Origin: Lepidodermella squamata | Lineage: Eukaryota > Animalia > Gastrotricha | DNA: 64,000 bases | Reading direction: 5' to 3' | Assembly (NCBI GenBank): GCA_047495785.1 | Contig: JBLDXI010000043.1 | Span: 434,001-498,000, forward strand | In this document: positions 36,901 through 50,495 of the stretch, piece after piece | How positions within the stretch are numbered: position 1 is the first letter of the stretch | Layout: every line of letters begins with the position of its first letter | Translations under genes and position numbers: made by a program | The notes under the pieces: model-generated | Databases searched by the model: none | Seen by the model: only the letters and a program-made list of their open reading frames with translations | Told to the model about the DNA's origin: nothing

Positions 36901-39900
36901 GGGCCGATACGTCGCTAAGGTTGAGGTCACCTTAGAGTCCTATCTCGAGGGCGTAGTCGTGAACTACGATGTCCCGTTCGAAATCATCGCCTCCCCACTT
37001 CAAGCAATGTTCACCTCGAAAGAGGAAGTCCTTATGGAAAATCAGAACTTGATCCTTGACTTCGAACCCTCGGGTGATTTGGACGTTGGCTACCTGGAAA
37101 ATACCGGACTGAGCTTCGACATTTTCTGCGCTCGCAAGACAAAGGCCCCGTCGAACATGAGCTATTCCGAGATTAAGTCGGTTTCCTACAACATCACTGA
37201 ATCCGAACAATGGGCAACTCATCTTTTCGACTTCAACAACACCTGCGGAATGGTGAACAAGTCGTTGGAAATCGAAATTTCGTTCCGAAAGATCACTTTC
37301 CTAACCGAGGGCATTATGGAAAACAACGTCCCATACTACATGACCCTCTTCGTCCACAAAATCGGCCGCGAAACTCCAGGCCGAGTCGTTCTACCAGTTC
37401 GAGTCTCACCAGGTAACATGTCGACTGATGAGGCGATTGACCGGATTGAAAATCTCCTGGCTAAGGGTGACAAGAGCGCGGCTTTGAGCGCGATCAACGC
37501 CGTTTCTCAGGTTTTGAACAAGCAAGGCAATGATACAGCTGTTGACAACCGGGCTCGAGCTCGTGAGAGGATTCTCGGTATTTTGGACAATGTCTCGTCA
37601 AGCTTGGACAATTTCAACCAGCTTCAGAACACCGGCTCGGCCTTGAAGACTATCACGGCCTCGAGGAATGAAGTTAACGATGGCGCGAAGATGCGGGCTG
37701 GTAATGCTTTGGCTAATGTTGGCAACGCCACGAAAGGATTCGCAACGGCCCCGGTTCAGGCTATCACTGATGTTGCTGGTTCGATTGTGAACGCTGTCAG
37801 CAACGTTTTGCCAACTAAATCTGAGCAAGACTCGGAGAAAAGTTTATTTGAAGGTAAGAATTTCTCATTCATGAAAGATCGTATGAAATAAGATGGATTA
37901 TTTTCAGGGAAGTTACCGAAAATAAATGGTACGACAGTGAATTCAACCATCTTCCGTACCTTGAGCCCTTCGACTCCATACTTGCCATCTCTAACCACCG
38001 TCCTTCCAACTTCAGTCGTGCAGCACATCATGGACATTGCTCATACTGAGTCGCCTGAAGCTGTTCGCCGCCTTGCTCGCGAAGCCGTTCATGACAGCAT
38101 GACAACCACACCTGCTGCCCTGATCACCACAACCCTGGTCAACCAGGAAAAGCGAATGGTCACCTGGGAAACTGTGCGCTACTACGCTACCACCATGGCA
38201 CCAAACTACAACCAAACAGTTGAGGACACGAATTCGACAAACAGCAATGACACGTCTGCTATCGCTGAGTTGAAACGAGCTCTTGCTGCCTTGGGTGAAT
38301 CCGAGTCCCCCGGAGCTAGAACGATCCGAAAATGCATCGAATGTGGCTTGCCGCCAGACTTCGATATCAACAAAGAAATCAGGGCACTGAGCAAGGAGAA
38401 GTCATTCTTTACTCGGCGCGAGATCACATTGATTGAGGCGTGTGCCTTATACCGAAACATTGACGCTCGTTGCTTGTTCTTCTATGAAGATCCGTCGGAA
38501 ATGAGACAGTTCTTCCGAAGCTGTAAGTATCCTTCTTAGCTTTTATCTCCCAAATCCATCCCAAATTTTTAAACTAAACTTGAGTCAAACTCGGACTAAC
38601 CCCTTAAATGTTTCAGGTCTGGACGAAGAAGCTAAAATTTTGGCTGAGAAGAGGAAGCGAGACAAAGCTCTCACCAAGAACACCGTCGGAGCTATCGATG
38701 CTGTCTCAGGTGTCCTGCTGAGCAAACAAGAGTCTGGCTCAGGAATCAGCCTGGCTAGCGAGCAACTGACCTTGAAACTGTTCAAAGTCAACGCTTCAAA
38801 CCAAACCGATTCACCTCACGCTTTGTCCTCGGAAACTGGTAGCTTCAGCGTGCCACAAGCTGCTGTTTCGAACTCATCATCTAACGTAACCGTTGGTATG
38901 CAATTCCTGACTACAGCTAGCAATCCATTCAGCTACTCAGACTCGGCTTCTAAAGTCAAATCTGGCGTTGTGACCCTGTCATACACCAACCCTGATGGAA
39001 GCCCGATGGCTGTCGACAACACAAGCGCCCCGATTGACATCAGACTGAAAGGAGCCGGCGAAAAGGGACCTCAGCCTGTGAACTACACAGTTTTCGCACC
39101 GATCGCTGACGTTCAAAAACTTCCGATGAACTACCATCGCATCGATCTAGCTGAGAATGACTCTTCTATCCATATTGTTGTGAAGCCAATGGATGATATT
39201 ACTCAGTTCCAGGTCTACATCCGCAAGGCTGGTTTCCCGAACGAAACTCTATACAACTTCACGCAAGCGCTGCCGAATGACAACTTTACCAAGTCACTGA
39301 AAGACCCGAAAGTTGGTGACGAGTTGCGCTGGAGTGTTTTCCCACCGCCCACCTTGACCAGGTACAACGGGTCGTACTACGTCGGTATCAAAATCATCGG
39401 AGCTAAGATTGAGCTGCCGTATGTTGCCCATAACTATACCTACAACATGCGGATGTTCACTTCGGGCTGCCGTTTCTGGGACGAACAAAACGAAACTTGG
39501 GCTACCCGTGGGTGCCAGGTCGGTCCTATGACCACAGTCTACGAAACCCAGTGCCTCTGCACCCATTTGACCAGCTTTGGGTCCGACTTCGCCCAACCAC
39601 CTAATGCCATCGACTTCAACACAGTCTGGGCTAAATTCGACGCGAAAAATGCCACTGTCTACTCGGTTATGATTGCCCTATTGGTGCTGTACTTCATCGG
39701 CGTGGTTTTCGCCTATCGGGCTGATAAGAGCGATCTGCACCGGTGGGAACCTAGGCCGTTGATGGACAACCTCCCGACTGATCGATACTTCTATCAGGTC
39801 AGCATTTTCACGGGTTGGAAGGCTCAGGCTGAGACTCAGTCAAAGGTTCGAATGATCGTAGTTGGCGCCAAGGGTGATACCGGCGTCCGATGCATTCAAC

Positions 39901-42900
39901 CGGCTCGCCAATCGAAGGCTTTCATCTTCAAGCATGGAAGCATCAACCACTTCATCCTAAGCACTGAACAGCCATTGGGTCAGCTCTCCTACCTAAGAAT
40001 CTGGCACGACAACTCTGGAAAAGGTCGTTACAGGTCGTGGAATCTGGAGCAGATTCAAATTTCCGACCTGCAATCGGAGCGGAAGTACTACTTTGTCGTC
40101 GATCGCTGGTTGGCTGTAGATCACGATGACGGAGCTGTCGAGCGGGTTGTTCCAGTCGCTAGCCTGCCTGATTTGATCACGTTCAAGTACCTGTTCACGA
40201 AGGACATCCGCCGCCGCTTTGGCGATGAACATTTGTGGATGAGCTGCGTCACCCGGCCCACGAGATCGGTTTTCACTCGTGTCCAGCGCCTGACCGTTTG
40301 CCTGTCGCTACTTTTCACGACCATGCTGGCTAACGCAATGTTCTACCAAGGCGCGGCTGAGGCACCGGTGCATGACGACTACAACCCGGATGACGACGGT
40401 GTTGGCAAGTCAGGAATCATCCGTCTCGGCCCGATTCAAATTTCGAAACGCGAATTGTGGGTTTCGGTCGTTTCCACCCTAATGGTCGCCCCGATTCATG
40501 CCCTGGCTGTTTTCATCTTCAAGCACTGCAAGCCTAGCAGATCTACGGCTCGAGTTGGCCAGGAAGGCATTTCGACTGTCGTGAAATCGACCCCGCGTTG
40601 GAAGCCTGTCGACGATAAAGTCTTGGCTGAGTTCGATAACGCTGATGAGTTGCGAAACCGAAGAACTGGCCTGCGCGGATTCTTCAACCGAGCCGGCGAG
40701 AAGATCAACGGAATGTTCGGTAAACAAGAACCGGGCAACACCTACGAATCTGAGGAGTCGAAACAAACGCGAAGAGTGTTCAAGAAGAAGGGAGCGAAGA
40801 AACATTTCATGCTGCCATCCCGCATGGTTTTCGTCGCCTATGGCATGTTGGGTCTCTGCATTCTGACTTCGACCTTCTTCCTACTCCTATACTCAATGTC
40901 GTGGGGCATTGAGAAGTCGAACAAATGGATGGTTTCGTTCGTTTTGTCATTCCTCGACCACTCTCTTATCGTCGAGCCGTTGAAGATTATCGGAATTGTC
41001 GTGATCTTGTCTTGCATTCTGAAACGTCATGCCAGAGATTCGTCTGAGGAACAGCAAATCGACGCGACTAAGGATGAGGTTGAAAAGTGGGTTGCTGAAA
41101 ACCGAGGCAGACTCACCCGAGACGAATTCGACGACATCTCCCGCCGTCGCCATAGCAAACCGGCCGATCTCATGCCGCCAGACCGTGAAAGCCTGGCCGA
41201 GGCGAGGAAACAACGCCTTCACGAGTTGGAGATGGAAAATGTCATCCGTGACGTAGTTGTCTACTTCCTATTCGTGATCATCGCTATGCTGCTAGCCTTC
41301 ACAATCCGAGGCCATGCTTCTTACACAATGTACACGGAAATCAACAATCTGATGTCGCCGAACTTCACTGACATCACCACGCCGCAGAGCTATTGGGACT
41401 GGATTTACAACGTGACGATCCCGGCTTTGTACCCGACGAAAGATTGGAAGGACCAGTGCTTGGGTTGGCGAGATGCTCAGCAGATCTCGGACTTTGCGAA
41501 CTTGCGAATCGGAGTGCCTCGACTGCGCCAATTCAGGGTCCGAGAAAGCACTTGCGTCGTGGACAAACGACTCGGAAAAGCTTCGAATGGCGATCGCTGC
41601 ATCGACGAGTATGACTGGACCACCGATGATACCAGCCCGTACCTACCCGGCTGGAACCCTCTGACTACAGACAACGCAAAGGCATTCGGGGCTGATTTGG
41701 ACAACTTGACCGATCTGTCGAATGTCCCACTTCTGAGGAACTCGCCGTGGATCTACCAAGACTCGTTGAAGTTGAAGGGTGTCTCTTACACTGCAAACCA
41801 CTTCACGTACAAAGGCGGTGGCTACGTCGCTGAGTTAAAACGGACCCGCCACGAAACCATGCGAGTTCTGAACCATCTCTACACCCGAAATTGGATCGAT
41901 GAACGAACCAGGGCGGTGTTCTTGGAGTTTTCGACCTACAACCCCAACGCCAACCTCTTCACCGCACCAATTTTCGCGATGGAGTTCATGGCTAGTGGCG
42001 ATACGAGCCCGAGAATGGACATCAAGGTGTTCAGCATCTACGACGATGCTGGAGCTATGCAGCTGGTCATATACGCTTTCGGCGTCATTTTCCTGGTCTA
42101 CACCATCATGTACGCCAGTATTGAGTACAAACGCATGAAAGCGGCCGGGTACAAGGAGTATTTCAAGGAGTACTTCAACATCATCACCCTGCTCATGCTC
42201 ATCTTCTGCTTCATCTCGGTGATTTTGTACATTGTGAGATTCATCATGGCTCGAGTTGCTGCTAAGGCCTTGGTCGGTGCTGGTTCTGAGGTTTTCGTCA
42301 ACTACGGCGCGTTGGCTACTCAGAACGAAATTCTGATGGTTTTCGTTGGCTTTGCGTCATTCTTCGCCATGCTGAACTTTTTGAAGATCTTAAACTTCAA
42401 CCGACGCCTTGCTATGCTTGGCATGGTCCTGTCGATTGCGATGAAGGACTTGAAGCCGTTCGCCATCGTTTTCCTCGGTGTTTTCTTCGCCTTCGCCCAG
42501 CTCTACTACTTCGCTCTGGGTACCGTTTTGGAACCGTATCGGTCAATTATCCAGACCATCGAGACCCTTATGGCTGCTTCTCTCGGCGTTTTTGATTTCG
42601 TCAAAATGAGGGTATAATTTCGCTTATTCTTTGGATTTTGAATTATTTTATTTGCGATTCTAGGATGCATCGCCTATCCTCGGCCCCATAGACAATGATG
42701 TACCATCATTGTCTATGCTCGGCCCATTTGGCTTCGTGCTGTTCCTGTTCATTGTCATGATCACCCTCATGGGCATGTTCGCCGTTATCATGGAAACAGC
42801 CGCTGCCATCCGAAAGCAACTTCGAGAGGAGCATAACCAGAAAAGCGACTACGAGACGATGATGTTCCTGTGGCGCAAGACCAAGGCCCTGTTCGGATTT

Positions 42901-42921
42901 TACGACGACGACAGAAGATGA
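30923..42921 (+). CDS. Polycystin-1-like (PKD1/REJ family) receptor-channel, about 3241 aa, 6 exons
   Basis: Exons 30923-30974, 31774-32185, 33460-37853, 37908-38522, 38617-42611, 42664-42921 total 9726 nt in frame. Signal peptide, LamG/ConA-like domain, WSC-like Cys pattern, PKD repeats (DFGDGS/T), REJ-like region, Thr-rich stalk, GPS CRFWDEQNETWATRGC...CLCTHLTSF, PLAT domain (LRIWHDNSG, DRWLAV), HLWMS...FTRVQRL, LRQFRV, WIDERTRAVFLEF and a polycystin channel domain. Confidence 0.95.
42679..42725. mobile_element. 31-bp hairpin insertion with 8-bp target-site duplication inside the last polycystin exon
   Basis: ctcggccc [catagacaatgatg tac catcattgtctatg] ctcggccc: perfect 14-bp stem, 3-nt loop, net +39 nt. 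Confidence 0.85.
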
Positions 42922-43617
42922 GGAGCTATACCGGTTATCTGGCCGTGACATTTGATATTCACGAAATGTTATGATCTTCTATTGGATAATCGAAAAATGA
43001 GAAAAGACATTTTTCCTGACCAATTTTAATTTGTGATGACGATGAATTTCGGAGCTAGCCGAATTCTGAAATTATTTTATTTAATTAACCGTGACGACCA
43101 CTGGAAATAAAGGCAAATTTAAAATCAGTTTTCATAAAGCTCCAGATTTAAATCCTCCTTGGTCATTGAGATCTTCAAGCTCCCAATTCCCTCGTCAAAG
43201 CACGTCATCTAAATTCGGGGCGTTCTTTTTCCTTTTCTGGTCCCGCAGATTTTCATCAGAAAGTACGCGCGGTTATACGCGTTGTTGCACGAATTTCAGG
43301 GTCGTCCATTAGCTATTTGTCACTGATTAGGTCCTGAAACCTGAAACTGGAAACACCTCCACCTGTACATTTCTATTTAAGAAAATCATACAGATCACGA
43401 ACTTGTGCTCCATGAGAGACCGTATTTAATGTTAAAATGACGGTCGATGAGCTTTCAATGTATTGTTTAAATCAATTCAAGCCATAAACAATTTGTTCTA
43501 TTGGGTTCAAACCACGGCTTTTCGACCGTTGTTCGAGGTTACAATCCATTTCTTGCGGATGGTCTCCATCGATACAGGACATAGAAGGGTAGCGATATCA
43601 AAGCGATATCATACCTA

Positions 43618-45163
43618 TCATACCACCTCTGTCAACGAAACGCCCGGTACAGCCGTTAGCAACAATACCATTATGCAAATGGCATTGGCAGCCAACAGTA
43701 CATACGTTGCCATGTCTTTGATGTTCGCCATATCATTGCCTAAGGTTCCGACTTTTGATTGTTTTTTTGCTTTGACAACATCCAGTTCGGTAGAGATCCT
43801 CTGAATCTCCGTTGTCAAAGTATCTATCTGAGCGATGGCCTTGCCCATGAGTTCCGCGTGTAATCTTTCTTTCGCTTTCATTTCCTCTACTTCGGCGGCG
43901 AACTTCTGAAAATTCCCCTTCAAGACATTGGTTTGAGCAGTTGCCATGTCCATAGCTGCTGCTTCATATTTCCTAACCCGGTGGCGCAACGTTTCGACGT
44001 GTAGCACATCAGTTATGGTTGCTCGCTCTTCTGGATCTGCCACAAGCATCTTGCTGTCGATAAGGCCTCGAAACTTGCCGTGTATTGCTGGTATTTCAGG
44101 TCTTGGCGTGTTTTGATACACAGAAGGATACTTTTCGGTGGCAAAAATCACTCAAGTAAATTTCAAATGTTATTAAAAATTACCGGTAATTGTAATGCTA
44201 AAAGTTCGAACGCGACGACTCCCAACCCGTATCAACAGTTTTCAGTATCACGTAGGATGAAATATGCTAATGAGCACTTTTCATTGTGATTTCACGCACT
44301 GAACAATGAAAAGTGCTCATTAACATATTTCATCTTACGGAATACTGAAAATTGTTGGTACGGGAATGACCAGATATCAGCTTTGTAAGAGTAAGATAAT
44401 GGGACTTGATTCAAAATTTCTGGCGCTTTATGCGTAAGTGTGCCAGCATTCGTACCAACCGAACCTGATGAGCTGAAACACCAAAGATGTCAACTAAAAC
44501 ACCTGGGGCGAACTGACAAACCGCTAAACTTACACTGGCAACAACCGGGATAACCCGAAATCGCCGAGTTTTAAGACCTTCGACCTGAGATCACTCGCTG
44601 GGTAATGGCAGTCAGTTGTCGCACTCCGAAATACATATATTTTGGGACTTGATGTCACGATGCATGATTTTCCTATCGTGTAGCCAACAAACCGCAGAAG
44701 CAAGCTGAGTCAAAGATTTGCTGATCTCACTGCTCGAGAAGTACGGATCCTGTTCGCCATTCCCGGTGCAATTCTTACGAGCCTGGATAGCCTGCCCGTC
44801 GCAATACTCCATAACAATGTAGAACAGCTAGCCCACTTGAAACCAAGCAAAGGCCCTGACGATGTTATTGTGATCCTGAAGCTTTCGCATCAACAACGGC
44901 TCGCGGTAAATCATGTCCTGCATTCGCTCCACTTGGCTCTCATTTGTGTAGCGCTGAATGTGTTGCTCGATATTGACTTGTTTCAGGACAAACTTTCGCA
45001 TGCCATTCAGGACGATGCCAGCTTGAGACTCCTTCGGCTGTACAAGGAATGCCTTGCCGAAACCTGATTCTCCGATTCCGAGGCGATTGAGTTCCGTGAA
45101 ATCATTTACAGAAACCTGTCTTGCGAACACATCAGAATCAAAAGAGAATATCGGCGTCATCAT
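43618..45163 (-). pseudogene. NEK-like Ser/Thr kinase pseudogene with coiled coil and hydrophobic C-terminal tail
   Basis: FVLKQV, HRDIKSQNI, LKLGDFG present. In-frame TAG at 44828-44830, loss of GDLH, a frameshift before YPASDLRSK and a MITE within ADIWSLG. Confidence 0.85.
44226..44364. mobile_element. 139-bp fold-back MITE inserted in a kinase exon
   Basis: cccgtatcaacagttttcagtat...atactgaaaattgttggtacggg with about 60-bp imperfect inverted arms, CCC/GGG ends and a 2-bp AA duplication (CACTA/Mirage-like TSD length). Confidence 0.8.
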
Positions 45164-45848
45164 TTCCTGCCGTACATACGTGGACTGAACTGATTAATAT
45201 AATGCTCAGAAATAAAGCGAAAATAAAGCTACTACCCTGGTTCAACGAATGAGATAAGGCGTTGCTTTAATCATCAACATCCTCTTTATCACAGTGCACC
45301 GCAATTCTATTGATAAATAATGGAGGTCCAAAAGTTTGGTTCAGCTAAAACAGCTAAAATGGGACACATGCAGTCCCATTTTAATTCCCAACTTTATTCG
45401 GTTTCCAATTCCAATATCATTATATGGGTTCATAAAATGAGGGTGCATACAAATGCGTCGAGGTGAATATATTGCTGAATAGAGCAATTAATTGAAAAGC
45501 AGAACGCGGCGAAAATTGCCAGAAATCGTGTTATTCTGTCCATCCTAACGACTGGAAGGACCAGCGTTTAGGATGGAGGGACTTTGCGGATTTGCGAATC
45601 GGAGTGCCTCGATTATGCATGCCAATTCGGGTAAGCACTTAGGATGCACTTAGGATGAACGACTCGGCAAATCTGCCAATGGCGATCGCTGTATCAGCGA
45701 GCACGACTGGACCACGCATGATACCAGACCTTACATTTCTTGAGGTTGAACTTATTGAACATGTTGAACTTCACGACAAAAGATGAAGGATTACCAATTA
45801 TTTGGCCGTGACATTTCTGAAATTCACGAAATGCTATGATCTTTTAAT

Positions 45849-46584
45849 GAATGATTCAACTCACCCCAACGGAAAATACCCATAGCACCATATCCCCAAC
45901 GCGCTGTTGCGTTCTCCAACACACACAAGGAAACTCGCGCGCAGGCAGGCAGGCGACACAGATGACCTGATGACACAGAGTCCGCGGGACCTGGTTGAAG
46001 CGTTTTCAAATCTGTGAATGGAATGTTCAAAGACACTGCATTCGAACGAACAACGGCGTCGAAGGGTGGCATCACCGCATGAACGTGGTCGCTAATCATC
46101 GCAAGCACCCTGCTATTTGGTTTTTCATTGAGTCTATCCAAAAAGAGGAGGCCGAAGCGGCTATCAAAATGGCCAAATTCGAAAAGCAGGGCAAGCCGTT
46201 GTGCAAGTCGAAGAAGAACCAGTGTTTAAAAAAGTCAAGCCTTAATTAATGTCGAAAAAGCATTTAACGAAAATTTGGGTCACCTAGCCGCCTCTCGGGA
46301 CCCGTTGAAGCATAAGAAAAAAAAATGATTTGCTCATTGAATTTCTTGATAACGTCTCAAAATTGTTGAAGAACAAAATATTAGAAAATCTGTTGAAATT
46401 TCTATTTGTAACTCGTAATTTGTTGTTGCTTTGTTGTTTGGTCTTTTCTTTTTACTTTTCGTTGTTGTGGCTTGAATACAGTTTTTTTACTCGGTGCGCA
46501 TTAATTTTGGGGGGCGCGCGCACGGGGATAATCACATTGGGTGCGTTACTTCGGGTAATTTCCGTTGGGGAGAGTTGAATATAC
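45849..46584 (+). mobile_element. Internally deleted MULE element carrying a transposase C-terminal fragment
   Basis: TIR attcaactc(a/t)ccccaacggaaa(a/t)tacc and 9-bp flanks (t/g)cttttaat. ORF 45995..46249 has RTNNGVEGWHHRMN...HPAIWFFIESIQKEE, typical of animal MULE transposases. Confidence 0.75.
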
Positions 46585-46598
46585 GCTTTTAATTGATA

Positions 46599-46803
46599 TA
46601 ATAATAATAATAATGGCTTTATTTATACTCCTTACGACTAAACGTCTCTAACGGTTTCCCGTTTTGAAGGAGTGGGCATTTTACTGCCTAACACAGATAC
46701 AGGAATCATGCGCACACACAGGCTTTGCATGTCCAGGTCCGGGAGCTGGGGCGAAGCGACTTGCTCAAGGCCGCAACACTTTTTGGTGTTGCTCTGTGGG
46801 CAG
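46599..46803 (-). mobile_element. SINE or L2/CR1-type 3' fragment
   Basis: (ATA)n tail at the left end, an aagcgacttgctcaaggccgcaac motif, and a 13-bp direct repeat cttttaattgata at 46586-46598 and 46804-46816. Confidence 0.55.
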
Positions 46804-47398
46804 CTTTTAATTGATAATTGAAAAAATGAGAAAAGACTTCCGACAATATGATTCTGATTTTATTGACGACCACTGGTAATAAATGCAATTTAAAATTCCT
46901 TCTTAGCAGTTGAAACGTGAATTAGAGTTGGCAGTAGAATTATATTTTGAGCTTGGGGGAGGGGGGGGGTGATTTAATACATATAAAGTTTAACCTGGGG
47001 CGCATTCTGGGCATTCTGGGGCGCTTAAACCTAGTTAGGAATTCCACCTAGTCATCGGCGTTGATATACGAGCCATATGTTGTTTGTTTATCTAATCTTC
47101 GGGGTCCTTGGCGCCCGTTTTTGAAGGAAAAGAACCCATCATACCCCACGAACACACCGTATTTTGCTCATTGTGACGCCGTATTTGCGTCGCAAGATAA
47201 AATCTAACAATAGAGCAGCCTGCAGGTCCTACAGGCTGAATTATTGCATTCGAGGATGGTTTGGTAAATGAGGACAGTAGGCGAAAAATGAGCCGGTTTT
47301 GCTGCAGGAAGTTGTGATATTCAGATTTTTCTTGAGACGCAATTTCGGCGTCACAATGCTCAATAATCTAATTCATTCAAGTGTTCGGTTCTGCAGCT

Positions 47399-49025
47399 TT
47401 ATTTTTTTCCCGCCGCTTTATGCATTGCCGTGGATGCCTTCAGTATAGCTGGCAAGGCATTTTCATCTTTGAAGCGTTTTACATCCGCTTTCAGGGCATC
47501 CATATCTTTTTTAACCATTGCTCTGATTTCAGCCAGTTCTGAGGCCAGCTGCCGATGACCGGTCTTCAAGGCGTTAATTTCTTCCCTAGCCTTGTCCATG
47601 GCTGCGGCCTCCACTCTTCTCACGCGATCCTGCAGCAGCTCGTCGGCAAGCACATCAGCTATAGTTGCTCGATCTTTTATGTCGACAACCATCATTTTCC
47701 GTTCAATAAGTGGCCGAAACTCGGCGTGAATCTCAGGGATTTGGGGCCTTGTAATATCTTGGTGATATACATGCGGGTACTAAGCAAGGTTATAAACGTA
47801 AAGTATTAAGGCAAAGATGGCAATGTAAGTGTCCTACGGGAAGGAATAGCGCCGCAAGCTCGAACGCAACCACTCCCAACGACCAGACGTCGGATTTGAG
47901 TGAGTAGAATGGCTGGTCCTGCAACCTCTCAGGCGCTAAGTGCGTCAAGCTGCCGGGATTCGACCTCAACGAGGCTGATGTGCTGAAACGAATAGAACGG
48001 GCATCAGATTCAACAGATTATTGAAAAAGAAAGAAGTGCAACTTTCAGTTATTTTTGGAAAAGATGAAAGAAAAGTCGTTGAGTATGGGTCGATCTAGGC
48101 CTTATTTGATGTTAACCCTATGCATAATGCGCATAGGTTTATTCAAAATTTGGCTGGGTTTTCTCATTATAAAAAAAGCAGGAATCCGCTGAGCGTGAAC
48201 CGAATGGGAAGTCATTTTGTAAAACAAGTAATTTCTGCCCTCAATTCTGCTCAATTATTTGATTTTTGCTAGGAAACTCCTTTCGGCCTTTCAGATATGT
48301 TTTGGGACAAGGCAATTCTGCGTACTCATCTCAATATCTGAAAAGCTTCAGCTCTCTCATTTCGCAGCGGTCATGAGAAAAACAGAAGAATTTTCCCGTA
48401 TGCTGGCTTACTTTGGCATTACCCGTGACACCCCGAAATCGCCGAGTTTTAAGACCTTTGATCGCAAATCGTCCGCAGGGTAGCTGCTTGGGCCGTTGGC
48501 CTCGTACAGGAAAATGTTGTTAGACTTGATATCGCGGTGCATGATTTTTCTGTCATGCAGCCAGGAAACAGCCGATCCGAGCTGAGCTAGGGACTGGCTT
48601 ATTTCTCGCGACGAGAAAAACGGATCCTCTTGCCGATTCTTACGAGCCTGGACAGCTTGATAAAGGTCTCCGCCCTCGCAGTGCTCCATCACAATGTGGA
48701 ACGTCTGATCGACCTGGAACCAAGCAAAGGCCTTGACAATGTTGTTATGGTCCTGGAGTTTTCGCATAAACAGCGGCTCTTGGTAAATCATTTCCTGCAA
48801 CCGCTCCACTCGGCTGTCGCTTCTGTCCTGAATTTGTTCAAGGATGTCGACTTGTTTCAGCACAAAGTTCTGCATGCCATTCAGAACGATGCCGGGCTGC
48901 TTCACCTGCACGAGAGACGCGATGCCGAAACCTCCACCTCCGATGCGTTTCGACACCTCGAAATCGCTTTTCGAAACCTGGCGCGCGAATACATCGGGAT
49001 CAAAAAAGAATAACGGAGACTCCAT
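47399..49025 (-). CDS. NEK-like Ser/Thr kinase with C-terminal coiled coil (3 exons, apparently intact)
   Basis: IGGGGFG, FVLKQV, MEHCEGGDL, HRDIKSNNIF, LKLGDFG. Exon 2 (about 47982-47837) has GSLTHLAPE and SDVWSLG. Exon 3 (about 47779-47399) ends in a heptad-rich tail. Confidence 0.85.
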
Positions 49026-50495
49026 GTATAATGTATAACTGAATCGGGTGTGAGATGTGCAATTTATCAAATTCAAGCAAGTACTCGCGACATATACGGC
49101 AGAAAAACAAAGTAGCCAATTTTATCACAATGTAGCACCGATAGGAAAAAACACGCAGGTCAAAGTTGTACAAATGAGCCATTCAGTCTCATTATAATTA
49201 TATCTGTAAGAATCGTCTGGGCAGCGAAAACTCGATGATAAGTTTTATCATCACATGTGAGACAACGCGTGAGGTGGTTTGCCGAGGCTACCCGAGTCAC
49301 AATTTGGTTCAGATAAAAATGGTTTCAGAAAAAACTACGATCCGAAAAATCAGCTGCGTCAATAAGCAGACAACGATTGGAAAGATGTAATGATGCCTCG
49401 CTGTGGCAAAATTAACGCGTTACTTTTTAATTGGAAAAATAAAGAACAAGAAGGCGTGTAGAAGGACCGGTAGAAAGCAATTAGTACAAAAGGAGACATC
49501 GGTGCGTCCGGCTAGCAGCTAGCAGTACCCCCGACAACCCGATTTTCAAAGTTAACCCTTTCACGGCGAAATTTCTTTTCAGCCAAGCAAAAATCGAATT
49601 TTCGAATTTTCCAGCAAAGTGAGGAAGGAATCGGAAAATCGACAACCGCGTATATGCTGTGGACGGATGCGCATATTTCCCACAAGTTTCTGATTTTACT
49701 AAATTTTCAATCCTGCTATTTTTTCGAGATCGAAGATATTGTAGACTCATCCGCATGAATTCATAGAAATTGTCAGCCATGTTTTCAGTTGTTCATGAAA
49801 ACAGAAAATCAAAATAGGTAGTCGATTGGACCCTGCCGGACAAGCCTGTGAAGTCAGATAGAGCAGGAAAATACCCAAGATATCGATTTACTCGATTGAA
49901 AAAAATAAGAAAACCGTGCATCGGTTTGAAATTTCAAAATTAATAGTATTCCGAGAAGGGAAAATATAAGAAAATTTGAGTTTCAGATTCTCGCTGTAGG
50001 CAACATTCGAAAGTACTACTGTATTTCGCCAACGGGTGTAAATAAATTCGTTATTGTGAGTTACCAAAGTCGACATTCCGAATTCGCCCTTCGGTTTAAG
50101 GAATTCGGTTTAAATAACAGTATGCAACCAGTTTTTTATACTTCCTCATGGCATGCACGATATCGGCGTTGGACGCTGCTCGGATCTCGTCTGGAACATT
50201 ATTATATCATGGCAAGATAATTAAAAATTAGGTGTTAACAATAAATGACATTCGATCAACTACCCAATTAGATTTATGAATTTTACAAGTCATGAGGTTC
50301 TCACACTTTTATTCATACCTAAGCATTATTGAACACGTTAAAACCAAAAAACACGATGCAACCAACATTGAAGAGTTTAAATGCGGAAATACTGCCACTC
50401 TGGCAACACGCTACACGCTGGTGAACATGTTGGTGTACAACGCTTCATTGATGAAACTGGAGAATTCTACATTCATCTTTTATTAATGACCAGAA

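Larger units (their letters stand above)
45549..46900 (+). pseudogene. Decayed remnant of the polycystin-1-like 3' region and 3' UTR, interrupted by two insertions
   Basis: 45549-45735 resembles about 41440-41645 (DWKDQ, LRIGVPRL, NGDRCI, DWTT). 45770-45848 and 46804-46900 resemble 42905-43125. Confidence 0.75.

Noticed and set aside
33707-42951. Overlapping alternative-frame and antisense ORFs within the polycystin gene
   Set aside because: Explained by codon bias of the long main ORF, with no independent motifs.
45240-45330. GATA-site clusters upstream of the kinase genes
   Set aside because: WGATAR sites are expected frequently in AT-rich DNA and cannot be supported without enrichment statistics.
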